From Candidatus Saccharimonadia bacterium (GTDB lineage: Bacteria > Patescibacteriota > SICC01): a DNA stretch of 64,000 bases. The stretch spans positions 677,136 to 741,135 of the forward strand of contig JANWJF010000001.1 in NCBI GenBank assembly GCA_025449535.1, given 5' to 3'. Within the stretch, counting starts at the first letter, position 1, and the number at the start of each line of letters is the position of its first letter. The notes beneath the pieces were generated by a model. That model did no database searches, was not told the origin of the DNA, and saw only the letters and a list, made by a program, of their open reading frames with translations. Shown one piece after another: positions 27,180 through 37,918 of this stretch. A program made the translations under genes and the position numbers.

Positions 27180-29000
27180 ATGCATCGCGTATCGCACCAA
27201 CTCGCGACGCTTCCGGCCAAGCCGGGCGTGTACCTGTTCAAGGACGAGACGGGGAAGATCCTCTACGTCGGCAAGGCCAAGCGCTTGCGGACCCGCGTCC
27301 GGAGCTACTTCTCGAAACGGGCCGAGGCCGAGCCGAAGACCCGCGTCTTCGTCCCCAAGATCCACCAGATCGACACGGTCGTCACCAAGAACGAGGTCGA
27401 GGCGTTGCTGCTGGAATCGAACTTCATCAAGCAGTATCGTCCGCCGTACAACGTCCGGCTTCGTGACGACAAGCAATACGTCTTTATCAAGGTGACGCTC
27501 GGCGACCGGTATCCGCGGGTGACCACCACCCGCCGGGTGACTGACAAGCGGGCCCGGTACTTCGGTCCGTACACCGACGGTCGGGCGGTCCGGGCGACGC
27601 TGAAGACGCTACGCAAGGTCTTCCCGCATTGTCTGCCGAACGACCCCTGCGACGACCCGTCACGCTCGCGGCCCTGTCTGTACTTCCACCTGGGGCTGTG
27701 CCCTTCGCCGCAGTACGGCAAGATCTCGGACACGGATTACCGCGCGAACATCGACGGCCTGATGCGGGCGCTGGACGGCAAGACGGACGACGTCCAGGAG
27801 CGGCTACGGACCGAGATGCGGGAGGCCTCGCAGCGGCATGCGTTCGAGCGGGCCGCGGCTTTGCGCGACCGGATCGGGAGCCTGGAAGCGCTACTGGCCC
27901 GACAGCAGGCGGTCGATCCCAAGCTCGCCAATCGGGATGTGATCGGCCAGGCACACGAAGGCCGCCATGCGGCGGCGATCCTGCTCACCGTACGGCAAGG
28001 TCGGGTGGTGGCGCGGAAGGACTTCGACTTCCAGAACGCCGACAAGAGCACCGAGGCCGAGCTGCTGGACGGTTTCCTCGGCCAGTACTACAAGGCCGCG
28101 ACCAATCTACCCGACGAGGTCCTGGTGCCGCTGAAGGTACCGGGCGCGGATACTGTCTCCGAGTACCTTTCGGAACGGTGCGGCCGGAAGGTGTCCGTCA
28201 GGGTGCCGCGCCAGGGTAACCGCCGGCAGTTGCTCGAACTGGCGGAGGAGAACGCGCGTGAGCACTTGGCACGCCTGAAGGCCCGGTGGAACTCCGACGT
28301 TTCCCGTCGTGAGCAGGGGCTGGCCGACCTGTCCCAGGCCCTCGGCATGTCCGCACCGCCGCCCCGGATCGAGTGCTACGACGTCTCGACCCTCGGCGGC
28401 ACCGCGACGGTCGGTTCGATGGTCGTGATGCGGGACGGGGCGCCGTCGCCGGCCCACTACCGACGGTTCCGGATCGCCACGGTGAAGGGAGTGGACGACT
28501 TCGGGGCGATGCGGGAGATGCTGGGCCGCCGGTTCAAACGGGTCAAGCGCAGCTCCGACGACGAATCCTTCGGCGCCTTGCCGGACCTCGTCGTCATCGA
28601 CGGGGGCAAAGGGCAGGTCTCGGCCGCCGCCGGCGTCCTGGAGGAACTCGGCTTGTCCGACGTGCCACTGATCGGCCTCGCCAAGCGGTTCGAAGAGGTC
28701 TGGCGTTGGGACGGGAAGGGGTCGACGCCCGTGCGCCTGCCAAAGGACGCGCCGGGATCGCTCCTGCTCCAGCAGCTTCGGGACGAGGCGCACCGCTTCG
28801 CGATCACCTACGGTCGCAAGACGGCCCGCAAGACCGTCCAAGGCTCCGTGCTGGACCGGGTCCCCGGCGTGGGTCCGGCCAAGAAGAAGCTGCTGATTCG
28901 GCACTTCGGATCGGTGCGGGGCGTCCGGGATGCCGACCTGTCCGCCATCCAGGCCGTCGTGGGCAAGGCGGCGGGACGGGCGGTGAAGGAGAACCTGTGA
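27180..29000 (+). CDS. uvrC: excinuclease ABC subunit C
   Basis: GIY-YIG N-terminus (PGVYLFKDETGKILYVGKAKRLRTRV), UVR domain, C-terminal HhH; ATG at 27180 chosen inside the longer track ORF. Confidence 0.9.
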   Translation: MHRVSHQLATLPAKPGVYLFKDETGKILYVGKAKRLRTRVRSYFSKRAEAEPKTRVFVPKIHQIDTVVTKNEVEALLLESNFIKQYRPPYNVRLRDDKQYVFIKVTLGDRYPRVTTTRRVTDKRARYFGPYTDGRAVRATLKTLRKVFPHCLPNDPCDDPSRSRPCLYFHLGLCPSPQYGKISDTDYRANIDGLMRALDGKTDDVQERLRTEMREASQRHAFERAAALRDRIGSLEALLARQQAVDPKLANRDVIGQAHEGRHAAAILLTVRQGRVVARKDFDFQNADKSTEAELLDGFLGQYYKAATNLPDEVLVPLKVPGADTVSEYLSERCGRKVSVRVPRQGNRRQLLELAEENAREHLARLKARWNSDVSRREQGLADLSQALGMSAPPPRIECYDVSTLGGTATVGSMVVMRDGAPSPAHYRRFRIATVKGVDDFGAMREMLGRRFKRVKRSSDDESFGALPDLVVIDGGKGQVSAAAGVLEELGLSDVPLIGLAKRFEEVWRWDGKGSTPVRLPKDAPGSLLLQQLRDEAHRFAITYGRKTARKTVQGSVLDRVPGVGPAKKKLLIRHFGSVRGVRDADLSAIQAVVGKAAGRAVKENL

Positions 29001-29668
29001 CCGGCATTCCGGATCGGGAGATTAAGATCTGTGGAACGACCACGGAGATCGATCTCCATATCGCAACGGATGCCGGTGCCGATGCGATCGGAATCATCTG
29101 CCCGCCGAAGACCCGGACCCGCCATTCGGTGGATGAAGCGCAGGCGGTACGCTTGGCGAAGGCCGTGCCCGATGGAGTGACGACGGTATTGATTCCACGG
29201 TTTGCCGAGTCCGAGCGGATTATTGAGCTCGCCAAGGCCGTACGGCCCGACCGGTTGCAATTAGGGGAAACGGAGGATTTGGGTGTGCTGAGAACCGTCG
29301 TCCAGGCGGGAGCCGCCCCCGTGGTAGCGCAAGTAATCCATGTCGACGGCCCGTCCGCGGTCGGAAGGGCAAAGGAATTCACCGAGTGGGCGGACGTCAT
29401 CCATCTCGACTCGGTCGGAGAAGAGCCGGGCGGGACCGGGCACGTCCACGATTGGGGTATCAGCCGGCAGGTCGCCGACGCGACGCATGCGCTCGGGAAA
29501 CCGGTCATCCTGGCCGGAGGACTGACTGCAAGAAACGTCGCCAAGGCGGTGGCGATTGTCCGACCGGATGGTGTGGACGTGGAGTCAGGAATCAAAGGCT
29601 CCGGGGCCGCGCACGATCCGGACCAGGTCACAGCGTTCGTACGAGCCGCTCGGGCCGCGTTCGCGTGA
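28997..29668 (+). CDS. trpF: phosphoribosylanthranilate isomerase
   Basis: IKICGTT…GGTGHVHDW…ILAGGLTARNV motifs; GTG start overlapping the uvrC stop (GTGA); no other trp genes nearby. Confidence 0.75.
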   Translation: MTGIPDREIKICGTTTEIDLHIATDAGADAIGIICPPKTRTRHSVDEAQAVRLAKAVPDGVTTVLIPRFAESERIIELAKAVRPDRLQLGETEDLGVLRTVVQAGAAPVVAQVIHVDGPSAVGRAKEFTEWADVIHLDSVGEEPGGTGHVHDWGISRQVADATHALGKPVILAGGLTARNVAKAVAIVRPDGVDVESGIKGSGAAHDPDQVTAFVRAARAAFA

Positions 29669-29714
29669 CGCATTTCGTTGTTAGCCCGGCCGTTTTTCGG
29701 TAAGGTAACGCTAC

Positions 29715-30107
29715 ATGGACTGGACTCGCATCGCCTACGGATTCGCCGCCAACCTGCTTGGCATCTTCGTGGCGGCGATGTTCGGGCTGGTCGACTACGG
29801 GACCAGCTTCCTCACGCTGGCCTTCGCGGCCCTGGCCTTCGGGATCATCAACGTCCTGATCCGGCCGGTGATCACCGTGCTCAGCCTGCCGGCGATCCTC
29901 CTGACGCTCGGCCTCTTCGTCTTCGTGGTGAACGCCTTCATGCTCTGGCTGACCAGCGTGGTCGTGCCGGGCTTCGAGACGCTCGGCTTCTGGCACACGG
30001 TGGCCGCCGCGATCGTCGTCGGTGCGGTGAACTTCGTCCTGCACGCGCTTCTGAAGGACATCACCAGTGACCACCTTGAGAAGGCACGCAAGGGGATCAA
30101 GGCATGA
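29715..30107 (+). CDS. DUF360 / phage-holin family IV-like small membrane protein
   Basis: Four hydrophobic segments; motif …INVLIRPVITVLSLPAILLTLGLF…. Confidence 0.55.
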   Translation: MDWTRIAYGFAANLLGIFVAAMFGLVDYGTSFLTLAFAALAFGIINVLIRPVITVLSLPAILLTLGLFVFVVNAFMLWLTSVVVPGFETLGFWHTVAAAIVVGAVNFVLHALLKDITSDHLEKARKGIKA

Positions 30108-30322
30108 GGACGACGCTCCAGGTCGTCCTGGCGATCGACGCGGTCTGGTTGGTCACGCTGATTCTGCTCCAGAACCGCGGCGTGGCGCTGTCCTCGACGT
30201 TCGGTGGCTCGGACAGCTCCGTGAACTACCAACGGCGCGGAGCGGAGAAGGTCCTGCACTACCTGACGATCGCGGCGGCCGTGATCTTCGTCGGGGTGGC
30301 ATTCGGCATTCTGTTTGTATAA
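30104..30322 (+). CDS. secG: preprotein translocase subunit SecG
   Basis: Two transmembrane segments flanking LLQNRG…FGG; ATGA overlap with the upstream gene. Confidence 0.7.
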   Translation: MRTTLQVVLAIDAVWLVTLILLQNRGVALSSTFGGSDSSVNYQRRGAEKVLHYLTIAAAVIFVGVAFGILFV

Positions 30323-30340
30323 TTGATTAAGTCCGTTCCT

Positions 30341-30424
30341 GCCGGAGTGGCGGAATTGGCAGACGCGCACGGTTCAGGGCCGTGTGGGGGCAACCCCGTG
30401 AAGGTTCGACTCCTTTCTCCGGCA
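30341..30424 (+). tRNA. tRNA-Leu (anticodon CAG)
   Basis: Type II cloverleaf, anticodon loop UUCAGGG, TATAAT hexamer upstream; CCA not encoded. Confidence 0.9.
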
Positions 30425-30443
30425 CAGCTGTTGAAAAAAGGTC

Positions 30444-30851
30444 TTGGTTACGGTACAATACGCAACCATGATTGAGAGTGAAGAAAAGTTCGTAGATCCG
30501 GATCTGGCTCGTGAGCTGACGGGCGAGGAACTTCCGGAGCCTGACCCGGAAGGCGACCCGTCGCTGGAAGAGAAGCCCGTCGAGGACTATGTCGGTGGCG
30601 AGTTCGTCGGCGACCGCCAGCTTACGGTTCTGGTCCGCGAGGACGAGGGTCCGATGGAGTATCGGATCGGGTTCTGCGATCAGGGAATCGTCTATGACAG
30701 ACGCCCTATGGGTACGTCGCCCGCAGACCGGCCGACCCCCATCGATCGGGATGCGGCGCCGAAGCTAGCCCAGGAGGCGGCTGATGGGTTGCTGATGCGG
30801 TATGTGCCGGAGGCCAGGGAAGTGCTCAGGAAACAGCAAGGGGCTGATTGA
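30444..30851 (+). CDS. acidic hypothetical protein (135 aa; the ATG at 30468 is also possible)
   Basis: ORF between two tRNA-Leu genes. Confidence 0.4.
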   Translation: MVTVQYATMIESEEKFVDPDLARELTGEELPEPDPEGDPSLEEKPVEDYVGGEFVGDRQLTVLVREDEGPMEYRIGFCDQGIVYDRRPMGTSPADRPTPIDRDAAPKLAQEAADGLLMRYVPEAREVLRKQQGAD

Positions 30852-30885
30852 GCTGCAAAAGCCCAACCCGTAGACTGGACTACAG

Positions 30886-30970
30886 GCCGAGGTGGCGGAA
30901 CTGGTAGACGCGCAGGCTTGAGGGGCCTGTGGGCATTATGCCCGTGGAGGTTCGAGTCCTCTCCTCGGCA
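30886..30970 (+). tRNA. tRNA-Leu (anticodon GAG)
   Basis: Type II cloverleaf, anticodon loop UUGAGGG, TAGACT hexamer upstream. Confidence 0.9.
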
Positions 30971-30976
30971 CAATCG

Positions 30977-31058
30977 ATATACATTTCCGGAGCCTCGGCT
31001 CCGGAAATGCGAGACGCTACCGGGCTCGGGTCGATTCGCAAGTGAATTGCGAATCGAG
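30977..31058 (+). ncRNA. 82-nt structured element, copy A (ATATAC, 13-bp hairpin, GCGAGACG…GGGCT.GGGTCGA linker, 11-bp hairpin, TCGAG), immediately 3' of tRNA-Leu(GAG)
   Basis: Paralogous to 32021-32102, with compensatory stem changes; function unknown. Confidence 0.45.
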
Positions 31059-31085
31059 ATGGTATCTAATCCCGATTGCATGATG

Positions 31086-31129
31086 TCGATGCTACGATAG
31101 TCTCGTTCGCGGGCACTTAGCTCAGTTGG
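31086..31129 (+). pseudogene. 44-nt duplicate of the tRNA-Val promoter region plus the first 21 nt of tRNA-Val (truncated 5' tRNA fragment), followed by CATCGTGATGTCCGCC
   Basis: Identical to 31186-31229; after GTTGGC it diverges into a 56-nt non-tRNA sequence. Confidence 0.6.
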
Positions 31130-31209
31130 CCATCGTGATGTCCGCCGAGTGAACGAGGGGCGATGCTTTTCCGCTTCTCATCGCGCCGATGCTACGATAG
31201 TCTCGTTCG

Positions 31210-31283
31210 CGGGCACTTAGCTCAGTTGGCTAGAGCGCCTCGTTTACACCGAGGAAGTCGGGGGTTCGAGTCCCTCAGTGCCC
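31210..31283 (+). tRNA. tRNA-Val (anticodon TAC)
   Basis: Cloverleaf with anticodon loop UUUACAC; TACGAT/TAGTCT promoter-like sequence upstream. Confidence 0.9.
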
Positions 31284-31716
31284 ACACGATTGAGTCGGTC
31301 AGTACTGGTTGTTACGATAGGGCTACGCTTTTGCAGCTTCAAAGTTTCACTGGCACGTGTCTTCGCCCAGTTAGTGCTCAGCCCTAGGGCAGTCGACGAT
31401 CCTCCTCTAGGCGAGCTTGGCACACGGCTCGTCATGTCCTGGACGCATCCCTGCCCGTTCAGGAGCGACCAGCCGGTGGAAAAAGACCTTTCGGAATCGT
31501 CTGCGAAGAGCGGCTCCGGAAGGCACCTCTTCAAAACCTTCTTCGACACCCACGGTCCCACACCTGTCGAAGAACCCGGATCCGGTCGTCTTGCGTGGCG
31601 CGAGAAGGGCACATCGCCGACACCCTTCGCTAACCGCGACAGCAGACGACCGGATCCATCTTCATTTTTGGGCATCCCTACGATGACCCTTCCTTCGGAA
31701 AGGGTAGATTGCGGGT

Positions 31717-31896
31717 ATGCCAGAGAAAGCCAAGACGGGAGACGAGGTGCGGACCGGCGGGCAGACCCGGACCGGCGAGGTCAAGAAAGTGAAGCCGGAT
31801 GGGACCCGGGTGATCAAGACGCGCACGGGGACGCTGCAGGAAGACAAGGATCCGCAGAAACCCGCCAAGCTGGACGCCGAGAAGGACGAGGACTGA
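31717..31896 (+). CDS. possible small basic/acidic protein (59 aa, MPEKAKTGDEVRTGGQTRTGEVKKVKPDGTRVIKTRTG…)
   Basis: Short ORF with protein-like composition inside an otherwise non-coding 660-bp tRNA spacer; no strong ribosome-binding site. Confidence 0.25.
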   Translation: MPEKAKTGDEVRTGGQTRTGEVKKVKPDGTRVIKTRTGTLQEDKDPQKPAKLDAEKDED

Positions 31897-31942
31897 GCGG
31901 ACCGGCCGCTTCCGGTATGATTGAGCGTGGATGCGAATCCAC

Positions 31943-32017
31943 GCCGGGATAGCTCAGTGGTAGAGCGCTGGCCTGAAGAGCCAGGCGTCCCCAGTTCGAA
32001 TCTGGGTCCCGGCACCA
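31943..32017 (+). tRNA. tRNA-Phe (anticodon GAA), CCA encoded
   Basis: Cloverleaf with anticodon loop CUGAAGA; TATGAT hexamer upstream. Confidence 0.9.
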
Positions 32018-32020
32018 TCC

Positions 32021-32102
32021 ATATACGTTTTTCAGCGCAAGCGCCGAAAAACGCGAGACGTCACTGGGCTGGGGTCGACTCACGGCGAAGCCGCGAGTCG
32101 AG
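32021..32102 (+). ncRNA. 82-nt structured element, copy B (same architecture as 30977-31058), immediately 3' of tRNA-Phe
   Basis: Shared ATATAC start, GCGAGACG…GGGCT.GGGTCGA core and TCGAG end; both hairpins are preserved by covarying sequence. Confidence 0.45.
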
Positions 32103-32154
32103 CTTCTATTCGATTTCGTGCACACGAGCACTAGTTGCTATACTTTAATCCGTT

Positions 32155-32228
32155 GCGGGTGTAGCTCAGTTGGCTAGAGCGTCTCCTTGCCATGGAGAAG
32201 GTCGTCGGTTCGAATCCGATCACCCGCT
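32155..32228 (+). tRNA. tRNA-Gly (anticodon GCC)
   Basis: Cloverleaf with anticodon loop UUGCCAU; TATACT hexamer upstream. Confidence 0.9.
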
Positions 32229-32233
32229 CAACG

Positions 32234-32256
32234 ACCGCCCTTCGGGGCGGTTTTCT
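32234..32256 (+). terminator. intrinsic terminator (ACCGCCC ttcg GGGCGGT TTTCT)
   Basis: GC stem with a UUCG tetraloop and a T-tract after tRNA-Gly. Confidence 0.7.
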
Positions 32257-32271
32257 ATACAATGACGATAC

Positions 32272-32342
32272 GGCGACGTGGCCGAGTGGTTAGGCAGGGG
32301 TCTGCAAAACCCCGTACGGCGGTTCAATTCCGCCCGTCGCCT
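32272..32342 (+). tRNA. tRNA-Cys (anticodon GCA)
   Basis: Cloverleaf with anticodon loop CUGCAAA; TATACAAT sequence upstream. Confidence 0.9.
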
Positions 32343-32354
32343 CAGGGTTAACAT

Positions 32355-32436
32355 GCCGGGATGGCGGAATTGGCAGACGCAGCGGACTTAAAATCCGCGG
32401 CCGCAAGGCGTGCAGGTTCGAGTCCTGCTCCCGGCA
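32355..32436 (+). tRNA. tRNA-Leu (anticodon TAA)
   Basis: Type II cloverleaf with anticodon loop CUUAAAA; co-transcribed with tRNA-Cys (12-nt spacer, no promoter). Confidence 0.9.
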
Positions 32437-32455
32437 CTGAAGTATAGTGAAAGCG

Positions 32456-32869
32456 ATGAGCGACTATTTCGCACGGGAACTCCTGGCTAGTCTGGACGCG
32501 GACGATCCGAACGCCGTGATGTTGCACTCGAACGCCCAAGCCCGCGCCGCGGGATTCCGCTATCAGGACGACGAGGAAGTCATTGGGCAGCTGCGCTCCG
32601 AGACGGCGGAGTTAATCGAGGCGTTCCGCGGTGGCTCCGTACAGGCGATCGAGGACGAGGGAATCGACGTCGTCCGGGTCGTGCTTGAGATGATCAGGTT
32701 GCGCGGGGGTGACTACCGACGGGCCCAACGGGAGAATATCCGCAAGTACCTGCGGCGTCTGGCATTCGTGGAACAAGAGCTGGAGGATCGCGGACTGGCG
32801 TGGAAAGACGTCAAATGGCCAGACGACATCAAGCCGATCTGGAAGCGGGCCAAGGCGGCCAAGTCCTAG
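32456..32869 (+). CDS. MazG-like nucleotide pyrophosphohydrolase-domain protein (tentative)
   Basis: EAELIEAF…EDEGIDVVRVVLEMIR helix pair resembling the MazG EExxE/D motifs; TATAGT hexamer 7 nt before the ATG. Confidence 0.4.
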   Translation: MSDYFARELLASLDADDPNAVMLHSNAQARAAGFRYQDDEEVIGQLRSETAELIEAFRGGSVQAIEDEGIDVVRVVLEMIRLRGGDYRRAQRENIRKYLRRLAFVEQELEDRGLAWKDVKWPDDIKPIWKRAKAAKS

Positions 32870-32886
32870 TGCGCTAAACTGTCCGC

Positions 32887-33591
32887 ATGGGGGACGAAGA
32901 CCAACAGCAACCGCATTATGTCGGCCGACCCTCGCCAGGTGATCATCCGGATTCGGACAAGCCCGGGTCGGAGGAAGCCGGCCTGCATGAGGAATCCGGA
33001 TCAAGCGTCAGCATGCCCGAATGGGCCGACAGCCTGAGCAAGGGGGTCGGTACTTCCCGGTCGAGGGTAGACGTCGACCTGGCCCGGCGGCTCAGGGAGG
33101 AGGAAGCCCGGATTGCTCGCGAACGCGCCGAAGCGGCCCGTCGCGCGGCGGAAAAAGTCGCCCGGAGGCAAGCCGCCGAGGAAGCCGCCCGCCGCCAGGC
33201 CGCCCAGCAGGCGGCGTCCGCCGAAGCGGCCCGGCGCCCCAAGCGTGTCTCCAAGTGGCCGTCCATGCTGGCGGCGGCCGTCGTGATCCTACTCGGTGCT
33301 TTCGTGGGTCAACGCATCATCAGCTCGGACGAGGTGCCGCAGCAAGCCGGTACGCCGTACCCGATCGTCACGGCGCCTCCGGCGGAGTCGAATCCTCCGG
33401 AGACAACGCCGGCCAAGCCGCCTGCCGGTTCCGGCGGCATTCGTCTGGATACGTACACGGTCAAGCCCGGTGATACACTTGAATCGATTGCCCAGCAATT
33501 CGACCGGACGCCGGTGGAGGTTTCCCAGGCGAACGGGGCGTACGGCGGGCTGATCCGGATACGCACCGGACAAGTGATCAATATCCCCTGA
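32887..33591 (+). CDS. LysM-domain membrane protein (coiled-coil, one transmembrane segment, Pro-rich linker, C-terminal LysM)
   Basis: YTVKPGDTLESIAQQF…IRTGQVINIP LysM motif. Confidence 0.7.
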   Translation: MGDEDQQQPHYVGRPSPGDHPDSDKPGSEEAGLHEESGSSVSMPEWADSLSKGVGTSRSRVDVDLARRLREEEARIARERAEAARRAAEKVARRQAAEEAARRQAAQQAASAEAARRPKRVSKWPSMLAAAVVILLGAFVGQRIISSDEVPQQAGTPYPIVTAPPAESNPPETTPAKPPAGSGGIRLDTYTVKPGDTLESIAQQFDRTPVEVSQANGAYGGLIRIRTGQVINIP

Positions 33592-34049
33592 TGGTACGAG
33601 TACGAATCAGCCAGGACGGCAAGCACCCGGAGCGCCGGCAGCACAAGCCGGAATCCGAAGTCGTCATCCGTGAGGACAAGGAGACGCCCGAGGATCCCAA
33701 AGAGTCCCCGGGTCCGAAGGTCGGCGCTTGGCGCGGGATGTCGGAACGGCAGTGGTTCATCGGTCTGCTGGTGGTGTCCGCATTGCTGCTGCTGGTCGCG
33801 TTTCGCGGTTGCGTGCTGCCGTCCGGGATCGGGCCGAAGGAGCAGGAGAAGCGTCCCGCGCAGCAGGAACAGACGACGCCGACCCCGGTCTCGACCGCCG
33901 CGTCCGGATCCACGTACACGGTCCAAGCTGGCGATAACCTAGGCAAGATCGCCCAGAAGACCGGCGCGTCCATCGACGCGATCGCCGAAGAGAACGGCAT
34001 CACCCGGAACACGATCCTGCGGGTCGGCCAGGAACTGAAGATTCCGTAA
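33591..34049 (+). CDS. LysM-domain membrane protein, second tandem copy
   Basis: YTVQAGDNLGKIAQKTG…LRVGQELKIP LysM motif; ATGA overlap with the upstream gene. Confidence 0.7.
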   Translation: MVRVRISQDGKHPERRQHKPESEVVIREDKETPEDPKESPGPKVGAWRGMSERQWFIGLLVVSALLLLVAFRGCVLPSGIGPKEQEKRPAQQEQTTPTPVSTAASGSTYTVQAGDNLGKIAQKTGASIDAIAEENGITRNTILRVGQELKIP

Positions 34050-34077
34050 GGAACATTTCGGGGTATACTGGCCGGTC

Positions 34078-34560
34078 ATGGCAGAAACCACCGAGCGAGT
34101 CTTCAACTTCGGCACGGTCGATATGCAGGAAGGTTCCCGCGTCGATTCTACGACTGTCCATCTGGACGAGCGCGAGTTTCCGCTCGCGGAGTGCGTCGAG
34201 TCCCATCAGGACCATCCGTTCCGACCTCTGCTTGAACTCGGGTTCGAACAGGTGAGGGTCGGCGGGAACATTACCGATGGCGAAGTCGTCCACTTGCGTA
34301 TCACGGCGTCTCTGTCGATCAGGATTGCCGAAGCGGACTCCGAGTACCAGCTGGAGGCCCACTACGACGAGAACGGGACCCGGCAGTTGTTACTCAGCGG
34401 TGAGCGCACCGGCCCCCAGTCACCGTCGATACCGATTGACCCCGCCGTCTGGGATGCGCTCCAGGAGTTACACGACAGTCTGACCGCATCACTGGTGACG
34501 CCGGAGGTAGCGGCCAAGGCTGAACATGCCACCGCAGCCGTTAACGGCTATGCCACGTAG
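34078..34560 (+). CDS. hypothetical protein (160 aa)
   Basis: ORF with coding composition. Confidence 0.45.
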   Translation: MAETTERVFNFGTVDMQEGSRVDSTTVHLDEREFPLAECVESHQDHPFRPLLELGFEQVRVGGNITDGEVVHLRITASLSIRIAEADSEYQLEAHYDENGTRQLLLSGERTGPQSPSIPIDPAVWDALQELHDSLTASLVTPEVAAKAEHATAAVNGYAT

Positions 34561-34673
34561 CGTTCCCGTGTCAGAGCCCGAAGCCCGTCCGAACACCTCG
34601 GCCAAGCACGAAGGTGAGCCTGCATAGCGAACAGGGACTGGTGCCGTATGGCGATCCAATCCCTGCTGCCCTT

Positions 34674-35084
34674 TCAGTGGGTCTCGGTTGGTTGGCCGTA
34701 GTAGGACGGAAGCCCACCAACTGGGCCGATCGAGAACTCCAGATGCCCGGTTGCCGAAGGGCTGAATGCGGGAGCCCTCCAGGTGAGATAGAGCGCCACG
34801 CCGTCTTGCGGTGATTTGAATTCGTGACTTCGGAACGGGTGGCGCCTTGCCAGCTTCTCGGCTTCGCCATTCTGGATTAGCTCGTTCGCGAACTCCTCGA
34901 ACAAGAGATTGCGGAGGTCAAGCAGTCCGTGACTCTCATCCCAGCGCATCCCGCAAACCAGGGTGCTCGAGTCGCAGATATCGCCCGGTCCCAATGGGGT
35001 GACCCAGCCCGATTCCGCCTGGCGAAACGCCTGTCGGATGGCGTCTTCCAGCCGAACCCTGTCGGTAGCTATAAGGCTCATCAT
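34674..35084 (-). CDS. hypothetical protein (137 aa; ATG at 35084 with a GGAGAGG ribosome-binding site; the track ORF extends further)
   Basis: ORF convergent with the upstream gene; start chosen to avoid overlap with ligA. Confidence 0.4.
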   Translation of the reverse strand: MMSLIATDRVRLEDAIRQAFRQAESGWVTPLGPGDICDSSTLVCGMRWDESHGLLDLRNLLFEEFANELIQNGEAEKLARRHPFRSHEFKSPQDGVALYLTWRAPAFSPSATGHLEFSIGPVGGLPSYYGQPTETH

Positions 35085-35135
35085 ACCTCTCCCTTGGTCG
35101 CGGTTCTCAGGAATAAGATGTGAAAGGGGAGTTAA

Positions 35136-37645
<2,510 letters not shown>

Positions 37646-37649
<4 letters not shown>

Positions 37650-37780
37650 AGTCCCAGCTCCTCGTCGGTTTCCTCGTGCTCAGCGATCTCGTCCGCATGT
37701 TGCAACACGTCGCTGAGCGGGAGCGTGTCTTGCTCGTCGTCGAAGTCGAAAGACTGCTGTTGCTGTTGGTTAGGACCCAT
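37646..37780 (-). CDS. small acidic peptide (44 aa, MGPNQQQQQSFDFDDEQDTLPLSDVLQHADEIAEHEETDEELGL)
   Basis: Short ORF translationally coupled (ATGA) to 37131..37649; below the track cutoff. Confidence 0.25.
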
Positions 37781-37918
37781 GTTCAAGATTTCACTAATTG
37801 GCGAATAATAGCGCAGTTAAGCGGTTTTGTCAAGCCTAGGTAGGCGTCAAGGAGGGTTTTTGACGAATGGACGCACGCCTGCGTTGGTCCGGCGCGGTCG
37901 AGACGCTAAGCTGAGAAG

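Noticed and set aside
28373-29668. 431-aa track ORF 28373..29668
   Set aside because: It is an upstream in-frame extension across uvrC. The real gene is trpF, starting at the GTG at 28997.
31300-31345. tmRNA-like tag-coding stretch TACGCTTTTGCAGCT
   Set aside because: There is no in-frame stop, no tRNA-like domain, and no GGGG start or CCA end nearby. The resemblance to a YALAA-coding sequence is probably coincidental.
31278-31952. 224-aa ORF spanning the tRNA-Val to tRNA-Phe spacer
   Set aside because: It starts inside tRNA-Val and ends inside tRNA-Phe and has no coding-like composition. It is treated as noncoding, with only a short 59-aa ORF retained at low confidence.
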